Below, piece after piece: positions 35,290 through 36,139 of a stretch of DNA of 36,139 bases; position 1 is the first letter of the stretch; each line of letters starts with the position of its first letter. Origin of the DNA: a virus. Taxonomy: Duplodnaviria > Caudoviricetes. The notes beneath the pieces are model-generated. The model did no database searches. It saw only the letters and a program-made list of their open reading frames with translations, and had not been told where the DNA came from. The translations under genes were made by a program, and so were the position numbers. The stretch covers positions 1 through 36,139 of IMG/VR virus record IMGVR_UViG_3300012347_000089; one strand, written 5' to 3'.

Positions 35290-36139
35290 ATACGCCCCCT
35301 TGTCGTTTTTGATCAATCAGAACTTTAACTACTGCTGCTTCTAACTGTTTAGCAAGTTTAGTAGAATCGCCTTGCTCTGTTTTAGATCCAGATTCAGTAA
35401 TGCTGATTGATACGTTATTAACTTGTGTACTGCCGCCAATATTGCCAGAAGGCACAATAGTACCAGCAGTTTTAGGAACGAATAATTCCTTACCTTTCTC
35501 ACCTACGATATAAGGCGAATTAGCCATTACATCGCCGCCAACAGCGCGAGCAGGTAAAATGCCAGATAGCCATCCCATAAATCCAGATCCAGTTCCACCA
35601 GCAGCCATAGGCGCACTGCCTAGTAAGCCACCGATTCCACCTGCGCCACCTAATGCACCGCTAACAGAATTAACAATCGGATCCATGATGCTGCGCTGAA
35701 TAACTAAACGCGCCAATTCTTTAAGCATACTTGTAATCATATTGCTAAACGTCATTTCAGCACCAAAAGCAAAATCTACCAGTGCGCGACTAGCATCCCT
35801 AGAAAAGCCCTCGATAGCGTTTTTAAGTTCCATAAAGCCATCTTGTGTTTTTCCTAGCAACTCTATACGCTTTTGATAGTTTTCATCCTCACGGCGCAGC
35901 GCATCATCTTGAGCAGCACCAATCTCAACGGTATTTTGAATCACTGCAATTTTGCGCTGGTGTTCTAACTCTAACTGTTTAAGTCCACGTTCTTTATCGT
36001 TGATAATTAATTTAGCGTTTAGATCCTCGTTCTCTTTTTCTAAATCTTGATAGATATTAGTGTAAGCATCGGATTGTGCTTTAGCATAAGCATCAGTTTC
36101 CTCAATTGCACGATTTAAAACGTCTGATTCATTTTCTAA
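35282..36139 (-). CDS. Tail tape measure protein, C-terminal part
   Basis: In frame with 1..1435 across the join; RAVGGDV...YIVGEKGKELFVP..GTIVP and terminal QKRQGGV typical of lambda H-like ends. Confidence 0.92.
   Translation of the reverse strand, partial: LENESDVLNRAIEETDAYAKAQSDAYTNIYQDLEKENEDLNAKLIINDKERGLKQLELEHQRKIAVIQNTVEIGAAQDDALRREDENYQKRIELLGKTQDGFMELKNAIEGFSRDASRALVDFAFGAEMTFSNMITSMLKELARLVIQRSIMDPIVNSVSGALGGAGGIGGLLGSAPMAAGGTGSGFMGWLSGILPARAVGGDVMANSPYIVGEKGKELFVPKTAGTIVPSGNIGGSTQVNNVSISITESGSKTEQGDSTKLAKQLEAAVVKVLIDQKRQGGVYA

Noticed and set aside
36085-36139. 55-bp terminal repeat as a physical direct terminal repeat
   Set aside because: It falls mid-gene and equals a common assembler k-mer length, so it indicates circular assembly only

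Overview
The window is a complete, circularly assembled ~36.1-kb siphovirus genome (nt 1-55 are repeated exactly at 36085-36139, and the tape-measure ORF reads in frame across the join). Most genes are on the minus strand: replication/nin-like genes, terminase, portal, an unusual fibre-gene cluster, a MuF minor head protein with a zinc-metallopeptidase-like extension, scaffold, P22-like coat, head-tail joining and tail tube genes, a -1 frameshifted tail chaperone pair, tape measure, lambda-like M/L/K/I/J tail tip, tail fibre genes split by an HNH endonuclease, a lysis cassette and a metallophosphoesterase. A short plus-strand early operon carries ERF, Gp157-like and SSB genes. I recognise no integrase or CI-size repressor. 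The main finding is a 23-codon gene missed by the ORF track (22596-22667, minus). It encodes the PQQ precursor peptide PqqA ([23 protein letters not shown]) in an insulated promoter-RBS-gene-terminator cassette, which points to a methylotrophic (Methylophilaceae-like) host and a cofactor-precursor auxiliary metabolic gene. Two copies of a three-way-junction RNA have loops complementary to their own downstream RBS regions, and four (A/U)GU-triloop hairpins sit in front of the scaffold gene. All family calls come from motif recognition and synteny only; no searches were run.
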